From the NCBI GenBank assembly GCA_016705545.1, contig JADIYA010000007.1:163728-227727 (forward strand): a DNA stretch of 64,000 nt, in the 5' to 3' direction. The DNA comes from Flavobacteriales bacterium (GTDB taxonomy: Bacteria > Bacteroidota > Bacteroidia > Flavobacteriales_F > PHOS-HE28). A program made the position numbers and the translations under genes. Every line of letters begins with the position of its first letter. The stretch's first letter is position 1. Shown in pieces: positions 18,816-30,626 of the stretch. Under the pieces are notes generated by a model. The model was given only the letters and a program-made list of their open reading frames with translations. It had not been told where the DNA came from and searched no databases.

Positions 18816-21800
18816 ATGAAGCACCGAAACCCATTGATAACCCAACTCGTGCGATTGGGTTCATTGCTCCTGCTCCTAGCCATTGGCTTGAGTTCAGCTG
18901 CACAGCACCGGCACGACCCGGTGAAGCCACGCGCGCAGCATCCCGGCCAAGACCATAGCCACGACCACGAGGGCATCGATGCACTGCTGAACCGGCATGA
19001 TCAGCGCATCACCTTCATGAAGAATGGCGGGCAGTTCGGATCCACAGTACTCTACCGTGCCGATTTCCCGCTTGGCCAGGCTGTCGCCACCGACAAAGGC
19101 ATGGTGGTCACCGCCTTCGATCCCATTGAAGTGGACAAGCGCACAGCGGAAGGCTTCCGCATCGAGGAAGAGATGGCGCAAGGCCTTCCGATGCGCGAGC
19201 TGCAATGGCGCAAACGCGGCCATGCGTGGCGCCACCGCTTCGTGGGCGCATCGAGTGAGATGCGCATCGAAGCGCGGGACAAGCACGCAGAATTGACGAA
19301 TTACTTCGTTGGCGACCGCAGCGCGCTGGATGTGGCCAGCTATCAGGAGGTCTGGTACACGGGCATCTATCCCAACATTGATGCACGCTACTACCCGGCT
19401 GCGGATGGCTCGCTCGAGTACGACGTGATCGTGATGCCAGGGGGCGACCCCAGCGAAGTCGCCATCGCTCATGACGGCATCGAACGCATGCGCGTGAACG
19501 AGAAGGGCGAGCTGGTCATCGAGACGATACTCGGCGAGATGGCCCACCCCGCGCCGTACGTGTACCAGCGCAACAATGGCCGCGAAATGCGGATCGACGC
19601 GACTTACAAGGTGGACGGGAACGTGCTGCGATTCGCCCTCGGTGCATATGACCGCACGCAGCCACTAGTGATTGATCCCATCGCCATGCGGTGGGCCACT
19701 TGGATCAACACCAACAGCAGCAGCGATAACCACGGTCATTGCATCTGGGTAGATCCGACCGATGGCGCGATCTACGTCGTTGCACGCGTAACAGGAACCA
19801 CCGACCAGATCACGCCCGGCGCATTCGATGAGACCGCAAATGGCGCCCTGGAGATGATTGTTGGCAAATACCTCGAGCCTGCCGCAATCGGCGGTAGCGG
19901 CACCCGCGTGTGGCAGACCTACATCGGCGGCAACGGCGATGACAACCCGTACGCAATGGAGCAAGGTCCCGATGGCAACCTCTACATCACCGGCCAGACC
20001 AGCAGCACCAACTTCCCGCTCCTAGGAGGCACGGCCTTCAGCGGCAGCAGCCTGAATCAGCAGGCGCAGAGCGACATCGATGTCTTCGTGCTGAAGATCA
20101 ACACTGCCGGAAATTCGATCAAGGCTGCGGTGGTTGGCGGCAACGGTGCCGATAACAACTTCGACGTGCGGCTGGCCGCCAATGGCGACGTGTTCGTAGC
20201 CGGAAGCACAACCAGCACCAACTTGCTCACGCTGAACCCCGGCAGTGGTGCAAGCAACACCAACAATGGTGGAAGCGATGTCTTCCTCTTCCGCATCAAC
20301 CAAGACCTTTCATCATTGGTATGGATGCGCAACTACGGAGGCGGCGCAACTGACCGGGCCAGCATCATGCTGCACGACCCAGCCACCGGTGACCTTTTTG
20401 TAGGTGGAAATACCAGCAGCACGAACTTCCCGACAGCAAGTCCACGCCAGGGCACGCGGGGCGGCAATACGGCTGGCTTCCTACAGCGCCTCAATGGTGC
20501 CACGGCGGCTACCTCATGGAGCAGCTATTTCTCCAGCGCAGCCAGTCAGAATGCCAACCTGCTCTGCATGGAGTTCAACACCTCAAAGGATGAGCTCTTC
20601 TTCGGCGGCGTCACCAGCGGCCTCAATAGCGCCAACATCACGGCCGGATCATATGACACAAGTCACAATGGCAACAATGACTTCTATGTCGGTCGCATGA
20701 CTGTCGACCAGACGTTCATCGCCGGCACCTACATCGGCGGCTCTGGCAATGAAGTGAACATGATGGGCCTCAACACCGATCTGAACAACGACGCGTATGT
20801 ATTCGGCTACAGCGCCAGCACGAACTTCCCGGTGAGCGCCTCGCCCAACGTGCCGCTGCAGACCACCAACCAAGGCAGCAATGACAAGGTGTTCTTCAAG
20901 CTGAAGAGCAGCCTGAACCAGCTTGAGTTCAGCACCTACTATGGCGGCACCAGCGACGACTACGACCCCGTCGGCGAGCGCGGCATCAAATTCAACGACT
21001 GCCGCATCTACACCATCGTCACGGCACAGAGCAACAACATCCCGCTCACCCAAGGCGCGCTCAACACCACGAAGAACAGCCCGACGAACCGCTACGAACC
21101 GGGGTTGGTGGTGTGGGCCAACCCACCCGACCTGCTGGGCAACAGCATCACCTATCAAGGCGTGTCCATCTGCCCAGGCGCAACACCCGGTGACATCACC
21201 GGATCGGAGCCGAGCTATTCGTTGCCCACCATCGTCCGCAACAACTCCGCATCGGGTTATCCCGCTTTCGCCAGCGCCGCAACTTATCAGTGGCAGATCA
21301 GCCTCGATAGCCTCAATTGGACCGACATCAACGGCGCCACCGGCCAGAACCTGCCTGGCTCGCTGATCGGGGCGATTACGCAGGACACATACATCCGCCG
21401 CATCATCGGCGGTGATGCCTGCATCCTTGCGGGCGCGGCCGATCAAGTGGTGAAAGTGCAATTGATGACCGCCGGCGGCAGCGTGACCGACGCACTCTGC
21501 AACGGCGCCGCAACAGGCAGCATCGCGGCAACAGCCGATGGTCAGGCCCCTTTCACATACGTATGGAGCGACGGCCAGACCACGGAGACCGCCATCAACC
21601 TCGCTGCTGGCCCCTATTCGGTAATCGTGACCGACTTCAACGGCTGCAGCGCCTCGGCAAATTTCGTCGTTGGGCAGCCTGCACCATTGAGCGCCGATGT
21701 TAACACCATGCTTGATGCCTGCGCAACTGGCACAGGCAGCGCGACCGCCACTGGTACGGGCGGCACACCTGGTTATGGCTATTTGTGGAGCACCGGCACC

Positions 21801-24800
21801 ACCGGTCCGAACCTCACGAATGTGAGTGCTGGCGCATACTCCGTGCAGGTCACCGACTTCAACCAATGCAGCGCGGTGGTGCTGGTCAATATCGATGGAA
21901 CCTTGCCGCCCTCTGCAAACGCTGGCGACGACCTGGAGATCAACTGCACTACCGGAACTTCCGTGCAATTGAATGGTTCCAGCCAGACGCCAGGCGTGAA
22001 CTTCAGCTGGACCGGCCCTGGCATCGTCAACGGCGGCGGTTCAGCCAACCCTACGGTGAACGCACCCGGTACCTATACACTAACGGTCACCAATCCCCAG
22101 ACAGGCTGCACCGCGACAGATCAAGTTGATGTCACAGTAAACACGACTGTCCCCGGCGCCCAGGCCGCTGGCGGGACCATCACCTGCAGCAACGAGTGCG
22201 TGATGCTCAGCGGCACCGGCAACGGAAGCTTCGCATGGAGCGGCCCGAGCAACTTCAACAGCACCGAGCAGAACCCCACCGTGTGCGCCCCGGCATCTAC
22301 ACCCTCGTGGTCACCGGCAGCAACGGCTGCACCAGCACCGCCACCGCTGAGGTGGAGCAGGACACCGATGTCCCCGGCGCCCAAGCCGCTGGCGGGACCA
22401 TCACCTGCAGCAACGAGTGCGTGATGCTCACGGGCACCGGCAACGGAAGCTTCGCATGGAGCGGCCCGAGCAACTTCAACAGCACCGAGCAGAACCCCAC
22501 CGTGTGCGCCCCCGGCACCTACACCAAGCACCGCCACCGCTGAGGTGGAGCAGGACACCGATGTCCCCGGCGCCCAGGCCGCTGGCGGGACCATCACCTG
22601 CAGCAAGAGTGCGTGTGCTCAGGGCACCGGCAGGAAGCTTGCATGGAGCGGCCGAGCAACTTCAACAGCACCGAGCAGAACCCACCGTGTGCGCGGCACC
22701 TCCCTCGGGCGGCCCGCCCAGGGGGCCGAGTCCCGGCAGGGCGGACCCCAGCCCCACCACCACCGGTGGTCACCGGCAGCAACGGCTGCACCAGCACCGC
22801 CACCGCTGAGGTGGAGCAGGACACCGATGTCCCCGGCGCCCAGGCCGCTGGCGGGACCATCACCTGCAGCAACGAGTGCGTGATGCTCACGGGCACCGGC
22901 AACGGAAGCTTCGCATGGAGCGGCCCGAGCAACTTCAACAGCACCGAGCAGAACCCCACCGTGTGCGCCCCGGCATCTACACGCTCGTGGTCACCGGCAG
23001 CAACGGCTGCACCAGCACCGCCACCGCTGAGGTGGAGCAGGACACCGATGTCCCCGGCGCCCAGGCCGCTGGCGGGACCATCACCTGCAGCAACGAGTGC
23101 GTGATGCTCACGGGCACCGGCAACGGAAGCTTCGCATGGAGCGGCCCGAGCAACTTCAACAGCACCGAGCAGAACCCCACCGTGTGCGCCCCGGCACCTA
23201 CACCCTGGTGGTCACCGGCAGCAACGGCTGCACCAGCACCGCCACCGCTGAGGTGGAGCGCCACCACAAGGACAACCGGCCAGGCCGCTGGCGGACCATC
23301 ACCTGCAGCAACGAGTGCGTGATGCTCACGGGCACCGGCAACGGAAGCTTCGCATGGAGCGGCCCGAGCAACTTCAACAGCACCGAGCAGAACCCCACCG
23401 TGTGCGCCCCGGCACCTACACCCTCGTGGTGACCGGCAGCAACGGCTGCACCAGCACCGCCACCGCTGAGGTGGAGCAGGACAACGATGTCCCCGGCGCC
23501 CAGGCCGCTGGCGGGACCATCACCTGCAGCAACGAGTGCGTGATGCTCACGGGCACCGGCAACGGAAGCTTCGCATGGAGCGGCCCGAGCAACTTCAACA
23601 GCACCGAGCAGAACCCCACCGTGTGCGCCCCCGGCACCTACACCCTGGTGGTCACCGGCAGCAACGGCTGCACCAGCACCGCCACCGCTGAGGTGGAGCA
23701 GGACACCGATGTCCCCGGCGCCCAAGCCGCTGGCGGGACCATCACCTGCAGCAACGAGTGCGTGATGCTCACGGGCACCGGCAACGGAAGCTTCGCATGG
23801 AGCGGCCCGAGCAACTTCAACAGCACCGAGCAGAACCCCACCGTGTGCGCCCCGGCACCTACACCCTGGTGGTCACCGGCAGCAACGGCTGCACCAGCAC
23901 CGCCACCGCTGAGGTGGAGCAGGACACCGATGTCCCCGGCGCCCAGGCCGCTGGCGGGACCATCACCTGCAGCAACGAGTGCGTGATGCTCACGGGCACC
24001 GGCAACGGAAGCTTCGCATGGAGCGGCCCGAACAACTTCAACAGCACCGAGCAGAACCCCACCGTGTGCGCCCCGGCACCTACACCCTGGTGGTCACCGG
24101 CAGCAACGGCTGCACCAGCACCGCCACCGCTGAGGTGGAGCAGGACACCGATGTCCCCGGCGCCCAGGCCGCTGGCGGGACCATCACCTGCAGCAACGAG
24201 TGCGTGATGCTCACGGGCACCGGCAACGGAAGCTTCGCATGGAGCGGCCCGAGCAACTTCAACAGCACCGAGCAGAACCCCACCGTGTGCGCCCCCGGCA
24301 CCTACACCCTGGTGGTCACCGGCAGCAACGGCTGCACCAGCACCGCCACCGCTGAGGTGGAGCAGGACAACGATGTCCCCGGCGCCCAGGCCGCTGGCGG
24401 GACCATCACCTGCAGCAACGAGTGCGTGATGCTCACGGGCACCGGCAACGGAAGCTTCGCATGGAGCGGCCCGAGCAACTTCAACAGCACCGAGCAGAAC
24501 CCCACCGTGTGCGCCCCCGGCACCTACACCCTGGTGGTCACCGGCAGCAACGGCTGCACCAGCACCGCCACCGCTGAGGTGGAGCAGGACAACGATGTCC
24601 CCGGCGCCCAGGCCGCTGGCGGGACCATCACCTGCAGCAACGAGTGCGTGATGCTCACGGGCACCGGCAACGGAAGCTTCGCATGGAGCGGCCCGAACAA
24701 CTTCAACAGCACCGAGCAGAACCCCACCGTGTGCGCCCCCGGCACCTACACACCTGGTGGTCACCGGCAGCAACGGCTGCACCAGCACCGCCACCGCTGA

Positions 24801-27644
24801 GGTGGAGCAGGACACCGATGTCCCCGGCGCCCAGGCCGCTGGCGGGACCATCACCTGCAGCAACGAGTGCGTGATGCTCACGGGCACCGGCAACGGAAGC
24901 TTCGCATGGAGCGGCCCGAGCAACTTCAACAGCACCGAGCAGAACCCCACCGTGTGCGCCCCCGGCACCTACACCCTGGTGGTCACCGGCAGCAACGGCT
25001 GCACCAGCACCGCCACCGCTGAGGTGGAGCAGGACACCGATGTCCCCGGCGCCCAGGCCGCTGGCGGGACCATCACCTGCAGCAACGAGTGCGTGATGCT
25101 CACGGGCACCGGCAACGGAAGCTTCGCATGGAGCGGCCCGAGCAACTTCAACAGCACCGAGCAGAACCCCACCGTGTGCGCCCCCGGCACCTACACCCTG
25201 GTGGTCACCGGCAGCAACGGCTGCACCAGCACCGCCACCGCTGAGGTGGAGCAGGACACCGATGTCCCGGCGCCCAGGCCGCTGGCGGGACCATCACCTG
25301 CAGCAACGAGTGCGTGATGCTCACGGGCACCGGCAACGGAAGCTTGCATGGAGCGGCCCGAGCAACTTCAACAGCACCGGAGCAGAACCCCACCGTGTGC
25401 GCCCCGGCACCTACACCCTGGTGGTCACCGGCAGCAACGGCTGCACCAGCACCGCCACCGCTGAGGTGGAGCAGGACACCGATGTCCCCGGCGCCCAGCC
25501 GCTGGCGGGACCATCACCTGCAGCAACGAGTGCGTGATGCTCACGGGCACCGGCAACGGAAGCTTCCGGCATGGAGCGGCCCGAGCAACTTCAACAGCAC
25601 CGAGCAGAACCCCACCGTGTGCGCCCCGGCACCTACACCTGGTGGTCACCGGCAGCAACGGCTGCACCAGCACCGCCACCGCTGAGGTGGAGCAGGACAC
25701 CGATGTCCCCGGCCCAGGCCGCTGGCGGGACCATCACCTGCAGCAACGAGTGCGTGATGCTCACGGGCACCGGCAACGGAAGCTTCGCATGGAGCGGCCC
25801 GAGCAACTTCAACAGCACCGAGCAGAACCCCACCGTGTGCGCCCCGGGCACCTACACGCTCGTGGTCACCGGCAGCAACGGCTGCACCAGCACCGCCACC
25901 GCTGAGGTGGAGCAGGACACCGATGTCCCCGGCGCCCAGGCCGCTGGCGGGACCATCACCTGCAGCAACGAGTGCGTGATGCTCACGGGCACCGGCAACG
26001 GAAGCTTGCATGGAGCGGCCCGAGCAACTTCAACAGCACCGAGCAGAACCCCACCGTGTGCGCCCCCGGCACCTACACCCTGGTGGTCACCGGCAGCAAC
26101 GGCTGCACCAGCACCGCCACCGCTGGGTGGGCAGACATGTCCCCGCCCCAGCCGCTGGCGGGACCATCACCTGCAGCAACGAGTGCGTGATGCTCACGGG
26201 CACCGGCAACGGAAGCTTCGCATGGAGCGGCCCGAGCAACTTCAACAGCACCGAGCAGAACCCCACCGTGTGCGCCCCCGGCACCTACACCCTGGTGGTC
26301 ACCGGCAGCAACGGCTGCACCAGCACCGCCACCGCTGAGGTGGGCGCCGATTTCGATGCACCACAAGCCACACTGACCAGCACCCTGATCGGTTGCGAAG
26401 GCGAACCCGCAACGGTGAGCTACACCAGCACCAGCGCAATCGCCTCGGCTGAATGGTACAACGCCAATGGCCTCGTGGGCAGCGGCAGTTCCATCTCAAC
26501 GAGCACACCAGGTGCCTACACGCTCATTCTCACCGCGCTCAATGGCTGCACTAATGAATTCAGCATCGAGGTGCAGCAGAACACCGATTGTGACAAGGAC
26601 TGCGAGCCCTTGATCCTCACCTGCCCGTCTGATATCACGGTGGCCTGCGCCGACGACTTCTCACCCTTCGGGCTCGGTGGCGAACCTGTCTTCAATAAGA
26701 ACAAGGACGACGAATGCCCGGATGTCGTTCAGGCATGGTGGAGCGATGTGATCCTAAGCAACTGCCCATACGTGATCCGCCGCACCTGGCATGCTGTGGG
26801 TAGCGATGGCAGCACCGAGACCTGCACGCAGTACATCACCGTGATCGACGACGTGGCGCCCATCTTCTACAATGTGCCCGACGGCATCAACATCGCCTGC
26901 GATGCGGACATGGACGCGATCACCACGCCCGATGTGACTGCCTACGATGAATGCACCAAGGTGGATGTTGCCGTCTATCACAATATGGAAATCGTGCAAG
27001 GCAATTGCGCTGGCAACTACTCCATCATCCATACCTGGACATCGCAGGACCAGTGCGGGAACATCGGTACGGCCACTTGGACAATTGAGGTGATCGACAA
27101 CGTACCGCCTGTCATCAGCTGCCCGGTGGAAGACATCTCGGTAGAATGCAAGGATGTGCCGGAGCCCACCGACAAATGTGAAGCCTCGGACAATTGCTCA
27201 GCGGAAGTAACCATCACCGTGGAGGAGGAGAAGGGCGAACAGGATGAAGACGGCAAATACGTCATCACCCGCACCTACATCGCCATTGACGAATGCGGCA
27301 ACACGAGCACTCAGGTGCAGCTCATCACCGTGTGGTGCGACAAGAAAGAGGAAGACGGAAAAGGCCCGGTGCAAGCAGGCATCAAGATGGTAGCGAGCGC
27401 ATGGCCGAACCCCTTCCGCGAGGAGAGCAGCATCAGCATCACAGCGCAGGAGAGCGGACTTGTCCAAGTGATCGTCACTGACCTGCAAGGGCGCGTGGTG
27501 AGCGAGTTGTACAACGGCCATGTGGAGGCTGGCGCAATGGTGGTGCTGCCCTTCCGCCCAGCCGAGCGCAATGGCGGCGCCTATCTCTACCGCGTAAGGC
27601 TCAATGGCGAGGAACTCATGGGCCGCATACTGGCGCAGCCCTGA
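18816..27644 (+). CDS. Giant T9SS-secreted adhesin-like protein of about 2,900 aa if read continuously. It contains SBBP beta-propeller repeats, SprB repeats, about 19 tandem 74-aa Ig/PKD-like repeats and HYR-like repeats. The frame is broken many times inside the tandem array.
   Basis: Signal peptide MKHRNPLITQLVRLGSLLLLLAIGLSSAAQ at 18816. SBBP-type repeats: LYITGQTSSTNFP...DVFVLKINTAG, DVFVAGSTTSTNL...DVFLFRINQD. SprB repeats: CNGAATGSIAATADGQAPFTYVWSDGQTTETAINLAAGPYSVIVTDFNGC. The repeat array runs 22145..26340. HYR-like Cys-rich repeats span 26580..27300. C-terminal VASAWPNPFREESSISITAQ...YLYRVRLNGEELMGRILAQP is a T9SS type A tail. It is continuous from 18816 to about 22285 and from about 26340 to 27644, and fragmented into overlapping ORFs in all three forward frames in between. 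Confidence 0.75.
22145..26340 (+). repeat. Tandem array of about 19 near-identical 222-bp coding repeats (74-aa unit ...PGAQAAGGTITCSNECVMLTGTGNGSFAWSGPSNFNSTEQNPTVCAPGTYTLVVTGSNGCTSTATAEVEQDTDV), flanked by diverged edge copies.
   Basis: The 222-bp period is visible by eye. Interior units are about 97-100% identical, with recurrent variants (gacaccgat/gacaacgat giving D/N; agcaac/aacaac giving S/N). Indels cluster in C/G homopolymers (gcgcccccggcacc vs gcgccccggcatc). Copies at 22600..22800 and 25260..26200 are badly degraded. Confidence 0.9.
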
Positions 27645-27736
27645 TGCACACCCTGTAACGGAACCGATGGAGCCCTGGCGCAAGCCGGGGCTTCTTCGTT
27701 CCTCGTCCCCCATGCGCGCGATCCTATCTTGGCCGC

Positions 27737-29578
27737 ATGGCCGGTCGTCTTTTCCCGCGCTGGGGCATCCTCTTCATCGACTTGGTGCTGTGCATGGTGG
27801 CGCTGGCCTCAGCGTACCTGCTCCGATTCAACTTCAAGGTGCCTGCGCATGAGGTTGACCTTCTGCTGCCCGTGCTGCCCCTATTCCTGATCGTGCGCGC
27901 CGCTACCTTCCTGATCGCTGGCATTCCGCGCATCATGGTGCGGCACACCAGCACGGAGGATGCGCGCCGCCTCTTCCTCACCGTTGCTACTGGCACAGCG
28001 GTGCTCGGCGCGATCAGCATGCTGCGCTACCTCCTCTTAGATGGCCAGTACTTCCTGCCGCGCGCGGTGATCATCATCGACTTCATGGCCACCGCCATGC
28101 TGGTGATCTCAGCGCGCATCGCCTTCAAGCTGCTGCACCTGCGCAGCCGCGGCGCGGGCAAGGAGCGCGTGCGCGTGATCATACATGGTGCGGGCGAAGC
28201 GGGCCTGATCACCAAGCGCACGCTCGAGCGAGAGGGTTCGGTGAAGTACGAGGTCGTCGCGTTCATCGATGATGATGACCGCAAGGCCGGAAAGCGCCTT
28301 GAAGGGGTCGGCATAGCGAGCACCGGCCGATTGCCAGCCCTGCTCACCGAGAGCGTCGATCAGGTGATCATCGCCATCGGCAAGCCCGATCCGGAGAAAC
28401 GGCGCCAAGTGGTTGATGCCTGCATCGCCGCGAAGGTGCAGGTGCGCACCATTCCGCCTGTGAATGATTGGATCAACGGCCAGCTGAGCGCAGGGCAGAT
28501 CCAGCAGGTGCGCATCGAGGACCTGCTCGGGCGACAGGTGATCCACCTCGAGCAGGAAGCCGTGCGGCGACTCGTCGCCGGCAAGCGCGTACTGGTCACG
28601 GGTGCTGCGGGCAGCATCGGCAGCGAACTGGTTAGGCAGCTGGCGGAGATGGAAACGTCTGCTCTTGCGCTGGTGGACATCGCCGAGAGCGGCCTGTACG
28701 ATGTGCAGATGGAACTGGTGGGCAAGGGCCGCAGCGACAAGCTCCATGTGCACGTGGCCGATGCGCGCGACAGGAATCGCATGGAGGCCGTGTTCGCGCA
28801 GGAGCGTCCGCAACTTGTCTTCCATGCTGCAGCTTACAAGCATGTGCCCTTGATGGAAGCGCAGCCCGAAGAGGCCGTGCGCACCAACATCGGCGGCACG
28901 GGCACGGTGGCACGGCTGGCGTGCAAGCATGGGGTGGAGCGTTTCGTGCTCATCAGCACGGACAAGGCCGTGAACCCCACCAGCGTGATGGGGGCCAGCA
29001 AGCGCGCCGCCGAAATGCTCGTGGGCGCCATCGCGCAAGGCTGCGGAACCGTATTCGTCACAACGCGCTTCGGCAACGTTTTGGGCAGCAGCGGCTCGGT
29101 GATCCCGCTCTTTCGCAAGCAGATCGAGGCCGGCGGCCCGGTGACGGTGACGCATCCGGAAGTCACGCGCTTCTTCATGACCATCCCCGAAGCGTGCCGC
29201 CTGGTGATGGAAGCGGCGGCCATGGGCCAAGGCGGTGAGATCTACGTATTCGATATGGGCCAGCCCGTGCGCATCGCCGACTTGGCCGACAAGATGATCC
29301 GCCTCAGCGGCAAGGAGCCCGGTAGCGATATCACCATCACCTACACGGGCCTGCGCCCGGGCGAGAAGCTCTATGAAGAGTTGCTGACCACCGATGAGAA
29401 CACCTTGCCCACGCACCATCCTCGCATACTCATCGGGCAGGTGGCTCCGGTTGATGCCGAAGACGTGCTGCGCCGAACGGATGCGATGCTCCGGTTGATC
29501 GGCAATGAAGCCGTGCTCGCGCTGAAGGATATGATCCCTGAATACGGCCCAGAGAGCCGCGTGCGGACCGCACGTTGA
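27737..29578 (+). CDS. Polysaccharide biosynthesis protein of the CapD/WbpM/PglF type (membrane-anchored NDP-sugar 4,6-dehydratase).
   Basis: A 613-aa protein. N-terminal TM helices, then a Rossmann motif VLVTGAAGSIGSEL, the catalytic region FHAAAYKHVPLME and STDKAVNPTSVMGASKR. This is the typical CapD-like architecture. Confidence 0.9.
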   Translation: MAGRLFPRWGILFIDLVLCMVALASAYLLRFNFKVPAHEVDLLLPVLPLFLIVRAATFLIAGIPRIMVRHTSTEDARRLFLTVATGTAVLGAISMLRYLLLDGQYFLPRAVIIIDFMATAMLVISARIAFKLLHLRSRGAGKERVRVIIHGAGEAGLITKRTLEREGSVKYEVVAFIDDDDRKAGKRLEGVGIASTGRLPALLTESVDQVIIAIGKPDPEKRRQVVDACIAAKVQVRTIPPVNDWINGQLSAGQIQQVRIEDLLGRQVIHLEQEAVRRLVAGKRVLVTGAAGSIGSELVRQLAEMETSALALVDIAESGLYDVQMELVGKGRSDKLHVHVADARDRNRMEAVFAQERPQLVFHAAAYKHVPLMEAQPEEAVRTNIGGTGTVARLACKHGVERFVLISTDKAVNPTSVMGASKRAAEMLVGAIAQGCGTVFVTTRFGNVLGSSGSVIPLFRKQIEAGGPVTVTHPEVTRFFMTIPEACRLVMEAAAMGQGGEIYVFDMGQPVRIADLADKMIRLSGKEPGSDITITYTGLRPGEKLYEELLTTDENTLPTHHPRILIGQVAPVDAEDVLRRTDAMLRLIGNEAVLALKDMIPEYGPESRVRTAR

Positions 29579-29635
29579 ATCGGCTTGGCACCTTAAGCGC
29601 TTATCCGGTCCAGCAGCGAAATCCCCCCAGCACCC

Positions 29636-30133
29636 ATGAGCCAACACACCGAAGCCCAGTTCCTCGCCCGCATCGTTGAGCGCTCGCGGGAATATTCACG
29701 ATTCTACCTGAGCCAGCTCAAGGGCCAGGACCCGCATCGCGTATTCGTTTGCGAAGGCAAACCGCTGAATAGCCTGTTCTGGATCGTAGCGCACATGGCT
29801 ACTACGCAGAATGGCCTGCTGCTCTACAGCACGGGCGGCCCGTTCGAGAAATTCAGCTGGGCGAAGCACTTCAGCATTGGTGGAAAGGGACTGCCGCCTG
29901 ATCAGTGCCCGCCCTACGAGGAGGTGTGGGGCACCTTCAAGGCGGTGCATGAGAAAGCCATGGCCTACCTGCCCACGCTCACGGCGGAACAACTGGACGC
30001 TCCCAATCGCACAGGCTTGCCGCTGATCGGGACAACGGTGCGCGATGCGATCATCCATGCGGCCCGGCACGAATCGCTGCATACCGGGCACATCACCACC
30101 CTTTGCAAGCTCTACGGCATCGCCACGGTCTGA
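29636..30133 (+). CDS. DinB family protein (DinB_2 / damage-inducible four-helix bundle).
   Basis: A 165-aa protein. WIVAHMATTQNGLL...HESLHTGHITTL is the His-triad metal-binding pattern of the DinB/YfiT fold. Confidence 0.7.
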   Translation: MSQHTEAQFLARIVERSREYSRFYLSQLKGQDPHRVFVCEGKPLNSLFWIVAHMATTQNGLLLYSTGGPFEKFSWAKHFSIGGKGLPPDQCPPYEEVWGTFKAVHEKAMAYLPTLTAEQLDAPNRTGLPLIGTTVRDAIIHAARHESLHTGHITTLCKLYGIATV

Positions 30134-30143
30134 TCACCTGCGC

Positions 30144-30590
30144 ATGCTCACCGCACGCTTCCTCCTCGCCGTGATGCATCTGTTGGCGCTCGCCATCGGC
30201 ATCGCGGCGGTGTATGCGCGCGGCCGGGCATTGCGCCGCACCACCACCGCCGCCGACCTTCCCGACGTTTTCCATGCCGACAACTGGTACGGCATCGCGG
30301 CGCTGATCTGGGTCGGCAGCGGGCTCTGGCGCGCCTTCGGTGGCGTGGAGAAAGGCAGCGATCACTACTTGGAGAGCCACTGGTTCATCGGCAAGATGGG
30401 CCTCTTCCTGCTCGTGCTCGCGTTGGAGCTGCTGCCCATGATCACGCTGATCCGCTGGCGCATGGCCTTCAAGAAGTACAATGCCATCCCGCTGGAGAAG
30501 GCCCCGCTCCTTGCGCGGCTGACCTTTGCCCAATTGCCCTTACTCCTGCTCATGGTACTCATGGCAGCGGCCATGGCACGGGGGTTCTGA
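30144..30590 (+). CDS. Hypothetical integral membrane protein (possibly DUF2214-like).
   Basis: Internal ATG at 30144 (MLTARFLLAVMHLLALAIGIAAVY...). Four predicted TM helices. It overlaps the DinB gene stop by only 10 bp in another frame. Confidence 0.5.
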   Translation: MLTARFLLAVMHLLALAIGIAAVYARGRALRRTTTAADLPDVFHADNWYGIAALIWVGSGLWRAFGGVEKGSDHYLESHWFIGKMGLFLLVLALELLPMITLIRWRMAFKKYNAIPLEKAPLLARLTFAQLPLLLLMVLMAAAMARGF

Positions 30591-30626
30591 ATACCGCTTC
30601 TATCTTCCCGGCGAAACCTGTCCGGC

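Noticed and set aside
22145-26340. Regular 222-bp periodicity that could superficially suggest a CRISPR array or satellite.
   Set aside because: The units are contiguous with no unique spacers. They are in-frame protein-coding (74-aa Ig/PKD-like modules) and embedded in one large adhesin gene.
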